Positions 42,624-52,835 of a stretch of 64,000 nucleotides of DNA are shown piece after piece. Where the stretch lies: assembly GCA_020635355.1 (NCBI GenBank), contig JACJZW010000004.1, forward strand, positions 129,226 to 193,225. Direction: 5' to 3'. This DNA comes from Flavobacteriales bacterium. GTDB lineage: Bacteria; Bacteroidota; Bacteroidia; NS11-12g; UBA9320. The notes beneath the pieces are model-generated. The model ran no database searches and had not been told where the DNA came from. It saw only the letters and a program-made list of their open reading frames with translations. Position numbers and translations under genes: made by a program. Each line of letters begins with the position of its first letter. Positions within the stretch are counted from its first letter, which is position 1.

Positions 42624-43528
42624 TGTTGATTAAGGCCTATGTGAAAGCAGCGCGTTTGCGAACCTTGCCGTTGGCATTGGCGGCTGTGGCACTGGGCGGT
42701 ATTCTGGCAGCTCATTTTGGTCAACATAACTGGTCCATTACCGTGTTGGCAGCGCTTACAGCCATCCTACTTCAGATACTTTCCAATTTTGCGAATGACT
42801 ATGGTGATTTTCGTTCAGGCGTAGATGCCAACCGAACCGATCGCGCGTTGGGAGGTGGGGATTTAACCCTGCAACAGATGAAAACGGCATTGGTAATTAT
42901 CACGACGCTCTCTACCATCTGTGGCGTTTCGTTAATCGTGATTTCATTCAAGGAACTATCGGTTTTATCTGTTCTTTATTTCATTATCGGGCTGCTGGCC
43001 ATTGCGGCGGCCTTTAAGTATACAGCGGGTAAGAATCCCTATGGTTATCGCGGGTTGGGTGATCTGGCTGTTCTGATATTCTTCGGACTGGTTCCCGTAA
43101 CCGGATTGTACTACATGCATAATCCGGTGGTAGATTATGCGTTCTATCACTCCTTACTTCCGGCAGCCGCCTTTGGGTTGCTGAGTGCCGGTGTATTGAA
43201 CATCAATAATATCCGGGACATCGATTCGGATTTGGCCATGAACAAACGTACGTTGGCTACGTATCTGGGCGCCACCCGAGCCTTGTGGTATCAGTTGGTG
43301 TTATTGGTGTTGGCCTACGGGTTGATGATGTGGTTTATCCGTTCGTCCAGTGCCGAAGTTGGTTTTACCATGTGGTTGGTTTTACCCGTTCATCTTCTTC
43401 AATGGATTGCCTTGCGAAATGCGGTTCGATCCGCTGCAGAACGATCAGTATTCAACAAATTGCTGAAATTCCTGGTCCTGACCAACCTCGTCTTTGTGAT
43501 CGTATTCGGCATTCTGCTTTTAGCGTGA
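42623..43528 (+). CDS. menA: 1,4-dihydroxy-2-naphthoate octaprenyltransferase
   Basis: 301 aa, UbiA superfamily with a MenA-like N-terminus (AARLRTLPLALAAV). Confidence 0.8.
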   Translation: MLIKAYVKAARLRTLPLALAAVALGGILAAHFGQHNWSITVLAALTAILLQILSNFANDYGDFRSGVDANRTDRALGGGDLTLQQMKTALVIITTLSTICGVSLIVISFKELSVLSVLYFIIGLLAIAAAFKYTAGKNPYGYRGLGDLAVLIFFGLVPVTGLYYMHNPVVDYAFYHSLLPAAAFGLLSAGVLNINNIRDIDSDLAMNKRTLATYLGATRALWYQLVLLVLAYGLMMWFIRSSSAEVGFTMWLVLPVHLLQWIALRNAVRSAAERSVFNKLLKFLVLTNLVFVIVFGILLLA

Positions 43529-44577
43529 AGATCGATCTCTACCGATATCGATTGCGTTTTATTAAACCGGCGGTTACCAGCCGTAATGTGTTTGAACATC
43601 GCGATGTGTTCTACGCCATTTTTTCTCAGGGCGATGCCACGGGCGTTGGTGAAATGGCACCCTTATCCCTGTTGAGCACGGATGATGTATCTGATTATCA
43701 GCAGCGGATTATCTCACGGTTGGAAATGTATCTGAAACAACCCGAGGACGTACTGAGGATGGATGATTTACCGTCCTTCACCTTTGGATTGGAAACGGCG
43801 ATGATGGACCTGCAATCGGCCAAAGTTCCGGGAAATTTTGAGGTTGGATCGGCCATTGCCATTAACGGATTGGTTTGGATGAATACCACCGCCGAAATGT
43901 TGGACGAGGCCTTTCAAAAAATTGAATCCGGTTTCCGGTGCATTAAGTTCAAGGTTGGAGCGCAGGATTTTGATGCCGAGTGCCGCATGTTGGAAGCTGT
44001 TCGCAAACGCTACTCGGCCTTTAAGGTAGAATTGCGGTTGGATGCCAACGGGGCCTTTGATAACCAGAACGCTGCCGAACAACTGAGCGAGCTCAAGCGA
44101 TTTGATATTCACAGTATTGAGCAACCTATAGCAAAAGGCGATTGGTGGACCATGGCCGATCTGGTTTCCCGAAAGCTGATCGACATTGCGCTGGATGAGG
44201 AACTCATCGGCCTCAATCCATCCCAACAAGGCGAAAAGCTGCTAAACGAAGTACACCCGGCATACCTCATTCTCAAGCCCAATTTGCTGGGTGGGTTTAA
44301 AAAGAGTGACCAGTGGATCCAACTGGCCAATCAGCATTCTGTGAATTGGTGGGCCACATCGGCATTGGAATCCAATGTGGGATTGAACGGTATTGCCCGC
44401 TGGGTGAGTAAATACCCGCTAACTCTACCTCAGGGATTGGGTACAGGTAGTTTATTTCAGAACAATATCTCTTCGCCGTTAACCATTGATCCGCCCTTTC
44501 TTCGATCCACCAATCGGGGTTGGGACTATCAGCGCATTCGCGAAGAAGGGGAACCTATTGGACGTTGGGAAGGATAG
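43525..44577 (+). CDS. menC: o-succinylbenzoate synthase (enolase superfamily)
   Basis: A GTG start (VKIDLYRYRLRF...) overlaps the menA stop in a GTGA junction. The ORF-track extension back to 43285 lies inside menA and was rejected. Confidence 0.65.
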   Translation: MKIDLYRYRLRFIKPAVTSRNVFEHRDVFYAIFSQGDATGVGEMAPLSLLSTDDVSDYQQRIISRLEMYLKQPEDVLRMDDLPSFTFGLETAMMDLQSAKVPGNFEVGSAIAINGLVWMNTTAEMLDEAFQKIESGFRCIKFKVGAQDFDAECRMLEAVRKRYSAFKVELRLDANGAFDNQNAAEQLSELKRFDIHSIEQPIAKGDWWTMADLVSRKLIDIALDEELIGLNPSQQGEKLLNEVHPAYLILKPNLLGGFKKSDQWIQLANQHSVNWWATSALESNVGLNGIARWVSKYPLTLPQGLGTGSLFQNNISSPLTIDPPFLRSTNRGWDYQRIREEGEPIGRWEG

Positions 44578-45465
44578 ATGAAGACGCCATTAAAAGTACA
44601 TCTCGCCCTTTTGTTGGTTGCCTTGATCTACGGCACCACCTACGTCATTGCCAAAGGTGTGATGCCTGATCATCTTGGTCCGTCGGCCTTCATCTTCATT
44701 CGGGTAACCATTGCCGGAATTCTTTTTTTCATCTTGAGCCGGATCGTGAGCAAAGAACGCATTCGCGACAAACGGGATTATTTGGATCTGGGCATCGCTG
44801 CCTTTTTTGGGGTGGCGGCCAATATGTTGCTGTTCTTTAATGGGTTGGCCCATACCACCGAACTGAATGCATCCGTACTCATGTTGAATGCACCGGTGTT
44901 TGTATTGATTTTTTCCCGAATGGTGCTGAAGCAAAAGGTGAGCAATCTCCAGATTGTTGGCATCGCCTTGTCGACCCTGGGGGCGGTGTTATTGTTGGGC
45001 GGACGAAAGCTTTCATTTTCCGGAGACACGCTACAAGGAGATCTCATGGTGTTGTTAAATGCCACCAGTTTTGCCTTTTACCTTGTGTACGTGAAGCGCC
45101 TGCTGGTGAAGTATTCGGCTCTAACCGTAATCCGAAATGCCTTTCTATTCGGTTGGATATTCGTGCTGCCTTTTGCCTGGAATGAACTAATGGAGGCGGA
45201 TTACGCTGCGTTTGCTCCCCGAATCTGGTGGGCAATCATCTATGTTTCGTTTGGCACAACCTTCGTGGCTTATGCCTTGAATGCGTGGGCCATCAAGAAT
45301 GCATCTCCGGTAGTGGCAGGATCGTATATCTACCTTCAACCGGTGATTGCAACCGGCGTGAGTGAGCTGCTTGGAAATCAACTGCTTTCGGTCGAAAAAG
45401 TTATCTTTGCCCTTCTGATCTTTGTTGGGGTATTTCTCGTAAACACATATAAAAGAGCGAATTAA
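44578..45465 (+). CDS. EamA/DMT-family transporter
   Basis: 295 aa with ~10 transmembrane segments and two EamA-like halves. Confidence 0.75.
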   Translation: MKTPLKVHLALLLVALIYGTTYVIAKGVMPDHLGPSAFIFIRVTIAGILFFILSRIVSKERIRDKRDYLDLGIAAFFGVAANMLLFFNGLAHTTELNASVLMLNAPVFVLIFSRMVLKQKVSNLQIVGIALSTLGAVLLLGGRKLSFSGDTLQGDLMVLLNATSFAFYLVYVKRLLVKYSALTVIRNAFLFGWIFVLPFAWNELMEADYAAFAPRIWWAIIYVSFGTTFVAYALNAWAIKNASPVVAGSYIYLQPVIATGVSELLGNQLLSVEKVIFALLIFVGVFLVNTYKRAN

Positions 45466-46328
45466 TGCGATCCATGACCGGTTATGGGAGTGCTGAGATG
45501 CACACCGAGCACATTGACGTAAAGGTCGAGATCAAATCGCTCAACGGGAAGTTTCTGGAACTCAATCTCAGAACACCTAGAAATTTAGGGGATCGGGAGA
45601 TTGAACTCCGACAATTCTTCACCAAACAATTGGAACGCGGATCGGTGCTTTGTACGGTTTCCATCGACCAAAAGGCGGGAACGTCATCCGTGCAAATCAA
45701 CAGGGAACTGGCTGCTGCGTATTACTCAGCTCTACGCGAATTGGCAACCGATCTGGGTGCCGCAGATAGAGATATTTTTCGTACGGTGGTGAACATGCCC
45801 GATGTGCTTAAAAATGACGAGGGTTCATTGAATGACGACCAATGGGCATTGGTGAAAACTTGCTGTGAACAGGCACTTGAAAAGTTTAACCAATTTAGAA
45901 ATACGGAAGGCGAGGAGTTGCGACAGATGCTTCTCGGACATAATGCCCTGATTATGCAGTCACTTCCGGAGATAGAGCCCTTGGAAGCAGCCCGAAAGAA
46001 GCAGGTAACCGATAAACTACGATCGGCACTGGAAGAAAATAAGGACTTGACAAACGATGCCAACCGGTTTGAGCAGGAGTTGATTTACTACCTGGAAAAG
46101 CTGGACATCAGCGAGGAGAAGAACCGGTTAACGGCACACTGCAAACTCTTTGACGAGGAAATTCGGGGTACCGGAAATGGCAAGAAGCTTGGTTTCATTG
46201 CCCAGGAGATGGGCCGTGAAATCAATACCCTGGGATCAAAAGCCAACTATGCCCCCATTCAGGAGATCGTAATCCGAATGAAGGAGGAACTCGAAAAGAT
46301 CAAGGAACAAACCCTAAACGTTTTGTAA
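45465..46328 (+). CDS. yicC: YicC family protein
   Basis: Starts MRSMTGYGSAE, the typical YicC N-terminus. There is a 1-nt overlap with the preceding stop. Confidence 0.8.
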   Translation: MRSMTGYGSAEMHTEHIDVKVEIKSLNGKFLELNLRTPRNLGDREIELRQFFTKQLERGSVLCTVSIDQKAGTSSVQINRELAAAYYSALRELATDLGAADRDIFRTVVNMPDVLKNDEGSLNDDQWALVKTCCEQALEKFNQFRNTEGEELRQMLLGHNALIMQSLPEIEPLEAARKKQVTDKLRSALEENKDLTNDANRFEQELIYYLEKLDISEEKNRLTAHCKLFDEEIRGTGNGKKLGFIAQEMGREINTLGSKANYAPIQEIVIRMKEELEKIKEQTLNVL

Positions 46329-46894
46329 TGAGTGGAAAGCTGATCATCTTTTCCGCTCCAAGTGGATCGGGCAAAACAACTGTCGTTCGTCATCTCCTAT
46401 CGGTCAATCCAAAACTGGCTTTTTCCGTATCGGCAACCACCCGCGCCAAGCGACCGAACGAAGTTCATGGGGTAGATTACTACTTTCTGAGTGAGGAGGA
46501 ATTTCGTCAGCGATTGGCCAATGATGAATTTCTTGAACATGAAGAAGTGTATCAAGGATTGTTTTATGGCACCTTAAAATCAGAGGTAGAACGCATTTGG
46601 AAAGAGGGTAAAACAGTGATCTTTGATGTGGATGTGGTTGGCGGGTTAAACATCAAGAAATACTATGGTAATCAGGCACTTGCGATCTTTCTACGACCAC
46701 CTTCGGTATCGGCTTTGATGGATCGTTTGAAGGGGCGTGAGACCGAGGTTGAACACCAATTACAGGAACGTATTTCAAAGGCTGAGACGGAACTGGGTTT
46801 TGAGAAAGAATTTGATATTGTGCTGATTAATAATATTTTAGCACATACTCTAACAGAAGCCGAAAGTATAGTAACTTATTTTTTGTCGATATAA
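46328..46894 (+). CDS. gmk: guanylate kinase
   Basis: P-loop SAPSGSGKTT; 188 aa. There is a 1-nt overlap with the yicC stop. Confidence 0.9.
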   Translation: MSGKLIIFSAPSGSGKTTVVRHLLSVNPKLAFSVSATTRAKRPNEVHGVDYYFLSEEEFRQRLANDEFLEHEEVYQGLFYGTLKSEVERIWKEGKTVIFDVDVVGGLNIKKYYGNQALAIFLRPPSVSALMDRLKGRETEVEHQLQERISKAETELGFEKEFDIVLINNILAHTLTEAESIVTYFLSI

Positions 46895-46897
46895 TTC

Positions 46898-47461
46898 ATG
46901 AGGATCGGATTGTTTTTTGGTTCCTTTAACCCCATTCACCAGGGGCATTTAATCCTGAGTCAGTTTATCCTGAATCAAACGGATCTGGCCGAAATATGGT
47001 TTGTGGTTTCACCCCAAAACCCCCTAAAATCGGGAGCAGACCTCTATCCGGAGAAGGACCGGTTGGAGATGGTAAAACTGGCCATCAAGCCTCAAAAGCA
47101 GTTCAAGGCGTGCGATGTTGAGTTTGATATGCCTCGGCCTTCATACACGTACAATACACTGATTGAGCTGGGTGAAAAGCATCCGGATAAGGAGTTTGTA
47201 TTAATTCTGGGATCGGATAACCTTCAGCACTTCGATAAGTGGAAGGATCATGAAAAGATCTTGTTGGAATACGACCTGATCGTGTACAACCGCGAGAATA
47301 ATCCGGGTGGTGATTTTGCCAAAAATCAAAAGGTTCGGTTGCTTAAGGGACCGATGCTCAATATCTCATCTACTCAAATTCGAAGCTATATGCGCCTCGG
47401 GCGATCGATCAAATTTATGGTTCCCGAAGAAGTAGAAGCCTATCTCGAAAAACTGGTTTAA
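46898..47461 (+). CDS. nadD: nicotinate-nucleotide adenylyltransferase
   Basis: Contains the GSFNPIHQGHL (HxGH) motif. Confidence 0.85.
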   Translation: MRIGLFFGSFNPIHQGHLILSQFILNQTDLAEIWFVVSPQNPLKSGADLYPEKDRLEMVKLAIKPQKQFKACDVEFDMPRPSYTYNTLIELGEKHPDKEFVLILGSDNLQHFDKWKDHEKILLEYDLIVYNRENNPGGDFAKNQKVRLLKGPMLNISSTQIRSYMRLGRSIKFMVPEEVEAYLEKLV

Positions 47462-47965
47462 TCAACCGGCTGAAGCCGGAATAAATCTCGAAAGCCAGGT
47501 TTCCTGAACCGGTTTTACAGAGCTTGATTTCAGAACACCAAACCATTGAATGGTGGTGTCAAACACCGGTGTATCCGAATGGTAGGTTCCATCGGCGAGT
47601 CCATTTTTAAACTCAGAAGTGGAGCAAATTTTCCAGTGATCACCGTCCATGATGTAAACCCGCAAACGGTTAAACAGATCAAGTTGGTAATCGGCATCCA
47701 AGGTTCGGATGATGGCCACGGAAGAATCGATGCTGCATCCACTGGCCAAGGCTTGCTGTTCGTCCACAGCTAACACGATGAGGGAATTGTGCAGGATGGT
47801 AAACCCACATCGGAGTTTTTCACCATGCGCCGACCACTCCCCGCAAAACGTCCCTAATGCTTCCGAGATGGCAACTTGTTCATCTGCATTCAGTATTCGG
47901 TTGGCGCCGTAAATCCAAAGACGGGCGCTATCGGGTAGGGTATTCCATTCGTTGTGCATAGCCAT
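47462..47965 (-). CDS. hypothetical protein
   Basis: 167-aa ORF; nothing recognisable in the sequence. Confidence 0.4.
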   Translation of the reverse strand: MAMHNEWNTLPDSARLWIYGANRILNADEQVAISEALGTFCGEWSAHGEKLRCGFTILHNSLIVLAVDEQQALASGCSIDSSVAIIRTLDADYQLDLFNRLRVYIMDGDHWKICSTSEFKNGLADGTYHSDTPVFDTTIQWFGVLKSSSVKPVQETWLSRFIPASAG

Positions 47966-47981
47966 TGTTTAACAAATAGGA

Positions 47982-48773
47982 TTAGAGATCGTTTGCCTTG
48001 CTAACCAGTTCGGCCAGATCCAGAACTTCCACATCGTCCTCTTTATTGAAGTGTTTCACACCGTCGCGCAGCATGGTCATGCAGAACGGGCAGTTGGACG
48101 CAATAACACCTGCTCCCGTTGAAAGCGCTTCTTCGGCGCGTTCCACATTGATTTCCTTATCACCCGATTCAGATTCCTTGAAGACCTGAGCCCCTCCTGC
48201 ACCACAACACAAACCATTGGCCCGGCAGCGTTTGAGCTCAACTAATTCGCCGTCCAATGCTTCCAGGACGCGTCTTGGAGCTTCGTAAATGTTGTTCGCC
48301 CTGCCCAGGTAACAGCTATCGTGATAGGTGATTTTTCGACCCTTGAACGATCCGCCTTCCACGGTTAACTTACCGGAATCAATTAATTCCTGTAGGTAGG
48401 AGCTGTGATGGACCACGTCGTAATTACCGCCCATTTGGGGGTATTCATTTTTAAGGGTATTGAAACAATGCGGGCAGGTGGTGATGATCTTTTTAATTCC
48501 GTAGCCATTGAGAATGGCAATGTTGTTCATGGCCTGCATCTGATACAGGAATTCATTCCCGGCGCGTTTGGCCGGATCTCCCGAGCAACTTTCTTCCTTA
48601 CCCAGAATGGCGTAACTGATTCCAACATGGTTCAAAATTTTAACCATGGCCTTGGTTACTTTTTGTGCCCGCTCATCAAAGCTTCCGGCACAACCCACCC
48701 AGAATAGAACTTCGGGAGTTTCGCCGCGTTGTGCAAATTCAGCTACGGTGGGTACGTGTACAGGTTCAGACAT
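47982..48773 (-). CDS. cysteine-rich (CCG-domain) Fe-S oxidoreductase subunit, HdrD/GlcF C-terminal-like
   Basis: Two CCG-type Cys clusters (CAGSFDE...CSGDP and TTCPHC...; DSCYLGR, CCGAGG, NCPFC). Confidence 0.7.
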   Translation of the reverse strand: MSEPVHVPTVAEFAQRGETPEVLFWVGCAGSFDERAQKVTKAMVKILNHVGISYAILGKEESCSGDPAKRAGNEFLYQMQAMNNIAILNGYGIKKIITTCPHCFNTLKNEYPQMGGNYDVVHHSSYLQELIDSGKLTVEGGSFKGRKITYHDSCYLGRANNIYEAPRRVLEALDGELVELKRCRANGLCCGAGGAQVFKESESGDKEINVERAEEALSTGAGVIASNCPFCMTMLRDGVKHFNKEDDVEVLDLAELVSKANDL

Positions 48774-48784
48774 AAATCAATCCG

Positions 48785-49243
48785 TTATTCTTCTTCTTCC
48801 AATTCTTCAAACAGTTCAACATTCACCTTCTTGGTTCGGAAGTTTTCCGAAAAGTTGCCCTTGAATTCCGTGGCCCGCACCCGGTGATTGTCGATCCAGT
48901 GATAGTTACCCCCCCGGGGTTTATTCATCAACAAATTCTGGTATTTAAATCCATGCCGGTTCAACCATTCTTCGGTGATGGCCCGAAGATCCTCCGTTCG
49001 TGAGGTGAAAAAGGTGATGATATGCCCTTCGTCATACCACTTGTTACAGGTGCGCAGGGCATCCGGAAAGGGTTCAACGGTTAACATACGTTCGGGTTCC
49101 TCATTCGGGACATCTTCCGTGATGGTACCATCAATATCAATCAGATAATTCTTGATACTGGGGTCCAACACCGGACTTTGGTGTTTACCATCCTTGATGA
49201 GATCGTTTAACTTATTACTCATTGTTATACCTGATTGGCCCAT
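48785..49243 (-). CDS. HAD-superfamily hydrolase
   Basis: HAD motif I, DIDGTIT (DxDGT). Confidence 0.5.
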   Translation of the reverse strand: MGQSGITMSNKLNDLIKDGKHQSPVLDPSIKNYLIDIDGTITEDVPNEEPERMLTVEPFPDALRTCNKWYDEGHIITFFTSRTEDLRAITEEWLNRHGFKYQNLLMNKPRGGNYHWIDNHRVRATEFKGNFSENFRTKKVNVELFEELEEEE

Positions 49244-50529
49244 GCATCCCGGTCAGAAGCCGGAAACTGCCATGGAGCGCCGTTGTTTTCAATGTTGTTG
49301 AACATCATATTCAGTTCGTTGGGCGCCTCGGATTTTTCCATTACGAGGTACTGTCTCATTTGAACGATGATGTTTAACGGATTGATATTTATCGGACAAG
49401 CCTCAGCACAGGCATTGCAACTGGTACATGCCCAAAGTTCTTCTTTGGAGATGTAGCTATGCAGATTTTTTTCTTCAGTTGGTTGAACGCCGGAATCCAT
49501 TTCCTTACCCACTTCTTCCAATCGGTCTCGGGTGTCCATCATGATTTTCCGGGGCGATAGGACTTTGCCAGTTAAGTTGGCGGGACATACCGAGGTACAT
49601 CGGCCACATTCCGTGCAGGAATAGGCATCCATGAGATTCTTCCAGGTGAGATCCTGAACATCCTTGGCTCCAAAACTTTCTGGTGGCGGAGCGTTGGTGT
49701 CAACATCGGGCAAGCCCAACATCATTTTCACCTCGTTGGTGACGGATTCAATATTGGCAAATCGTCCTTTTGGGGTGAGATCGGCGTAATACGTATTGGG
49801 AAAGGCCAGGATGATGTGAAAGTGCTTGGAGTACGGCAGAAAGTTCAGGAAAAGCAGGATGCCGATGATGTGAAACCACCAACACGCACGCTCTATAAAG
49901 ATCAATTGTCCTTCCGAGAATGTGCCATGCATCCAACCGGCATACAGGCCGCTAACCGGATTGGCACCTGCATCGATATAGTGCGGGTTCCCCAGCATCT
50001 GCAAGGCCTGATCGGCGCCATTCATGATGAGAAGTGCCGTCATCAAAACGATCTCGGAGATCAGGATGATGGTGGCATCCCGCGTTGGCCAACCGGCCAT
50101 TTCCGGTTTATGAAAACGGGGAATTCGGCTAATAAAACGGCGGGTAAGGAATAATACACATGCGATGAGAACACCCAGGCCAAGAATCTCAAAAAAGCCT
50201 ATGGCCACATCGTATATCGGCCCCATGAACGACAGGATCCGATGCGTTCCAAACAAACCATCGAGGATGATTTCAAGCACTTCGATGTTAATCAGAATAA
50301 ATCCGGCATAGACAATGAAGTGCAGGATGAAAGGGATGGGACGTGCCGCCATTTTGGATTGCCCAAAGGCCACACGCAGCATATTCCTCCAGCGTTGTGG
50401 TTTATTATCGGATCGGTCTTCATCCCGACCCAATAAAATGTTCCTTCGAATTTTCCCGACGTTGCGGCTGAAAAAGTAGATGGCCGCAATGAGAATCAGG
50501 GCAAAAACAACCTGAGAAATCCACTGCAT
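49225..50529 (-). CDS. membrane-anchored Fe-S oxidoreductase (NarI-like N-terminal membrane domain fused to a two-[4Fe-4S] ferredoxin domain)
   Basis: About 6 N-terminal transmembrane helices, then CTECGRCTSVCP and CTSCNACAEACP motifs. Confidence 0.7.
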   Translation of the reverse strand: MQWISQVVFALILIAAIYFFSRNVGKIRRNILLGRDEDRSDNKPQRWRNMLRVAFGQSKMAARPIPFILHFIVYAGFILINIEVLEIILDGLFGTHRILSFMGPIYDVAIGFFEILGLGVLIACVLFLTRRFISRIPRFHKPEMAGWPTRDATIILISEIVLMTALLIMNGADQALQMLGNPHYIDAGANPVSGLYAGWMHGTFSEGQLIFIERACWWFHIIGILLFLNFLPYSKHFHIILAFPNTYYADLTPKGRFANIESVTNEVKMMLGLPDVDTNAPPPESFGAKDVQDLTWKNLMDAYSCTECGRCTSVCPANLTGKVLSPRKIMMDTRDRLEEVGKEMDSGVQPTEEKNLHSYISKEELWACTSCNACAEACPININPLNIIVQMRQYLVMEKSEAPNELNMMFNNIENNGAPWQFPASDRDAWANQV

Positions 50530-50779
50530 GGGGCGAAGATAGGAATCGAATTGGATTGACGTGTCAGAGCACTCTGTGGATTATCCAGAATCCTCCAATC
50601 GGCATTTACCCCAGACCATGGTGTTGGATAAACCAGCATGGTTTCCAAGGGCAAACGACATTTATCTGCAGCGCATGAACGTGCAAAACATCTGCGTCCA
50701 TTTCTAAAACGACTGTTCTGGAAATCAGAGCGTCGCGCTGAAAAACAGCAAACGAAAAAAGAATCTGAGCAGGATTAAC

Positions 50780-52711
50780 CTACCTCGATTCGGATGTCAT
50801 TCCCATGTGCTTGCCCAGGAACGATTCCATCGCCCGATAGAAGTCGTAACGGTTTTCCTGGTTGTGGAAGCCGTGACCTTCGTTTTCTTTCAGCAGGTAC
50901 TCCACTTCCACACCGCGATCTTTCAACGCCTTCACCATCTGATCGCTTTCGGATTGCTTTACCCGCGGATCGTTGGCACCTTGTGCAATGAGCAAGGGCG
51001 CTTTGATTTTATCGGCATGAAGGGAAGGAGAATAGGCCGACAGCATGGCTGAATCCTGTTGAGGATGGCCAACCATTTCATGCAACATATCCAGGTATTG
51101 TGTCCAATAAGGCGGGATGGTTTCCATAAAAGTGAAGAGGTTGCTCACACCTACGTAATCAACCGCGCAGGTATAGAGATCGGGTGTAAAGGTTACCCCG
51201 GCCAGGGTGGCATATCCTCCGTAACTTCCACCGTAGATGGCAATTCTGTTTTGATCGGCAATGCCTTCATCAACCAACCAGCGCACGCCATCGCTGATAT
51301 CGTTTTGCATGGTTTGACCCCATTGTTTAAACGAGGCTTCCCAGAACTTACGACCGTAACCCGTGCTTCCCCGGAAGTTCATTTGCAACACCGCATATCC
51401 CCGATTGGCCAGGAACTGAACTTCAGGATTGAATCCCCAGTTATCGCGTGCCCATGGTCCGCCATGCGGATTAATTACCACCGGAAGATTTTTGGCTTCC
51501 ACGCCTTTAGGTAAGGTGAGGTAGCCGTGGATGGTGAGGCCATCCCGACTTTTATATTCAATGGGCTTCATCTCCGCCATGTGATCTTCGTTGATCCATG
51601 GGCTAAGATCTGCCAGTTTGTTCAGCTCTTTTGAGTTGGCGTCATAGGAGTAGAAAGATCCTCTGGAACGATCGGAATAGGTTCGAACAATCCAGTGATT
51701 TTCCGCTTTATCGTGGGAGGTGAGATACACTTCCACATTGGGAAGTTTTTGCTCGAGATCGGTGTACATATCGCCCACCGTTTTGTCGAGGTACTTCCGG
51801 TTCATTTTATCGCCGTACCAGTACACGGAAGTAAGAACCTTTCTCTTTTTGGAATAGCCTACACCTGTTACATCGTTCTGTTCATCCTGAAAGAGGGTTT
51901 CCAGTTCCTCGCCGGTATTCATATCTACCTTAACCAATGCCGCCTTATCGCGTCCGATGTTGGAAACACCGTACATCACATTCGAGTCGTTGAAGTCGAA
52001 CAACTCCGGTGAGAAAGATTCTTTGAAGTTGGTGGTAATCACCGTACGGAAGTTGGAATCCTCTGATGAACGGTAGAGGATGCTGGTATTCACACCATCG
52101 GTTACCGTAGCCACACGCAATCGGCCATCGTGATCCGTCATCCAGCCTGAAATGTTTCCGGGGTTCTCAGCAATCAGTGATTTTTCGCCGGTGTTGATAT
52201 TAAGGCGGTAGGCATCAAAGATTCGCGTATCCCGGCTATTCAATCCTACAATTACATGTTCAGGATCGTCTTCCAGGTCGTCAATGATTTGGGTTCGCAC
52301 CTTCGGGGCATAGGTGAGGGAACGGGCAGATCCGCTGTCGATGTCAACGGCATATAACGCGAAGTTTTCATCGCCTCCATTATCACGGGTGAAGAGGATG
52401 GTATGATCCCCTTTCCAAAAATAGCCTTGAATGTCGCGATCGGTTTCGGATGTTAATCGGCGAGCCGAATCGGCGCCCACTTCCTGAATAAACACGTTCA
52501 TCCGATCCTTGTACGGAGCTGTGAAGGCGTAGTATTTTCCGTTGTCAGAGAGTTTAAACGAACTTTTTTCCGAATTCTTGAAGAAGTCTTCCAACGCAAT
52601 GGTTGGTACTTGCTCATGGTTTTCCTTTTTCATAGTGCACGAGGCAGCTGATAGCGTCAGCAAACCTAACACAACCAAAGCATGGACTGTTTTAAACCGA
52701 TTCATTTTCAT
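50780..52711 (-). CDS. S9-family serine peptidase (prolyl oligopeptidase / dipeptidyl aminopeptidase-like) with N-terminal beta-propeller
   Basis: Lipoprotein-type signal, GGSYGGY nucleophile motif and a C-terminal alpha/beta hydrolase domain. Confidence 0.8.
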   Translation of the reverse strand: MKMNRFKTVHALVVLGLLTLSAASCTMKKENHEQVPTIALEDFFKNSEKSSFKLSDNGKYYAFTAPYKDRMNVFIQEVGADSARRLTSETDRDIQGYFWKGDHTILFTRDNGGDENFALYAVDIDSGSARSLTYAPKVRTQIIDDLEDDPEHVIVGLNSRDTRIFDAYRLNINTGEKSLIAENPGNISGWMTDHDGRLRVATVTDGVNTSILYRSSEDSNFRTVITTNFKESFSPELFDFNDSNVMYGVSNIGRDKAALVKVDMNTGEELETLFQDEQNDVTGVGYSKKRKVLTSVYWYGDKMNRKYLDKTVGDMYTDLEQKLPNVEVYLTSHDKAENHWIVRTYSDRSRGSFYSYDANSKELNKLADLSPWINEDHMAEMKPIEYKSRDGLTIHGYLTLPKGVEAKNLPVVINPHGGPWARDNWGFNPEVQFLANRGYAVLQMNFRGSTGYGRKFWEASFKQWGQTMQNDISDGVRWLVDEGIADQNRIAIYGGSYGGYATLAGVTFTPDLYTCAVDYVGVSNLFTFMETIPPYWTQYLDMLHEMVGHPQQDSAMLSAYSPSLHADKIKAPLLIAQGANDPRVKQSESDQMVKALKDRGVEVEYLLKENEGHGFHNQENRYDFYRAMESFLGKHMGMTSESR

Positions 52712-52835
52712 TCAATTTAGGTGCGAACGAAGGTATTGAATTGGTACAGAGAGTTGGTCGGATTGCGTTTGACGTGCAAAGATTCTCGACAAGCAAGGAG
52801 GGGGTGGGGAGTACCTTTCGGCTTAAAATTTCGAG

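Noticed and set aside
43285-43524. ORF-track 5' extension of menC (80 codons) overlapping menA in another frame
   Set aside because: It lies wholly inside the menA coding sequence. A GTG start at 43525 gives a typical OSBS N-terminus (MKIDLY-like) with a GTGA stop/start overlap.
52712-52835. Possible Mg-sensing (M-box) riboswitch upstream of corA
   Set aside because: I could not recognise the conserved M-box helices by eye in the ~120-bp leader. An Infernal scan would be needed to settle it.
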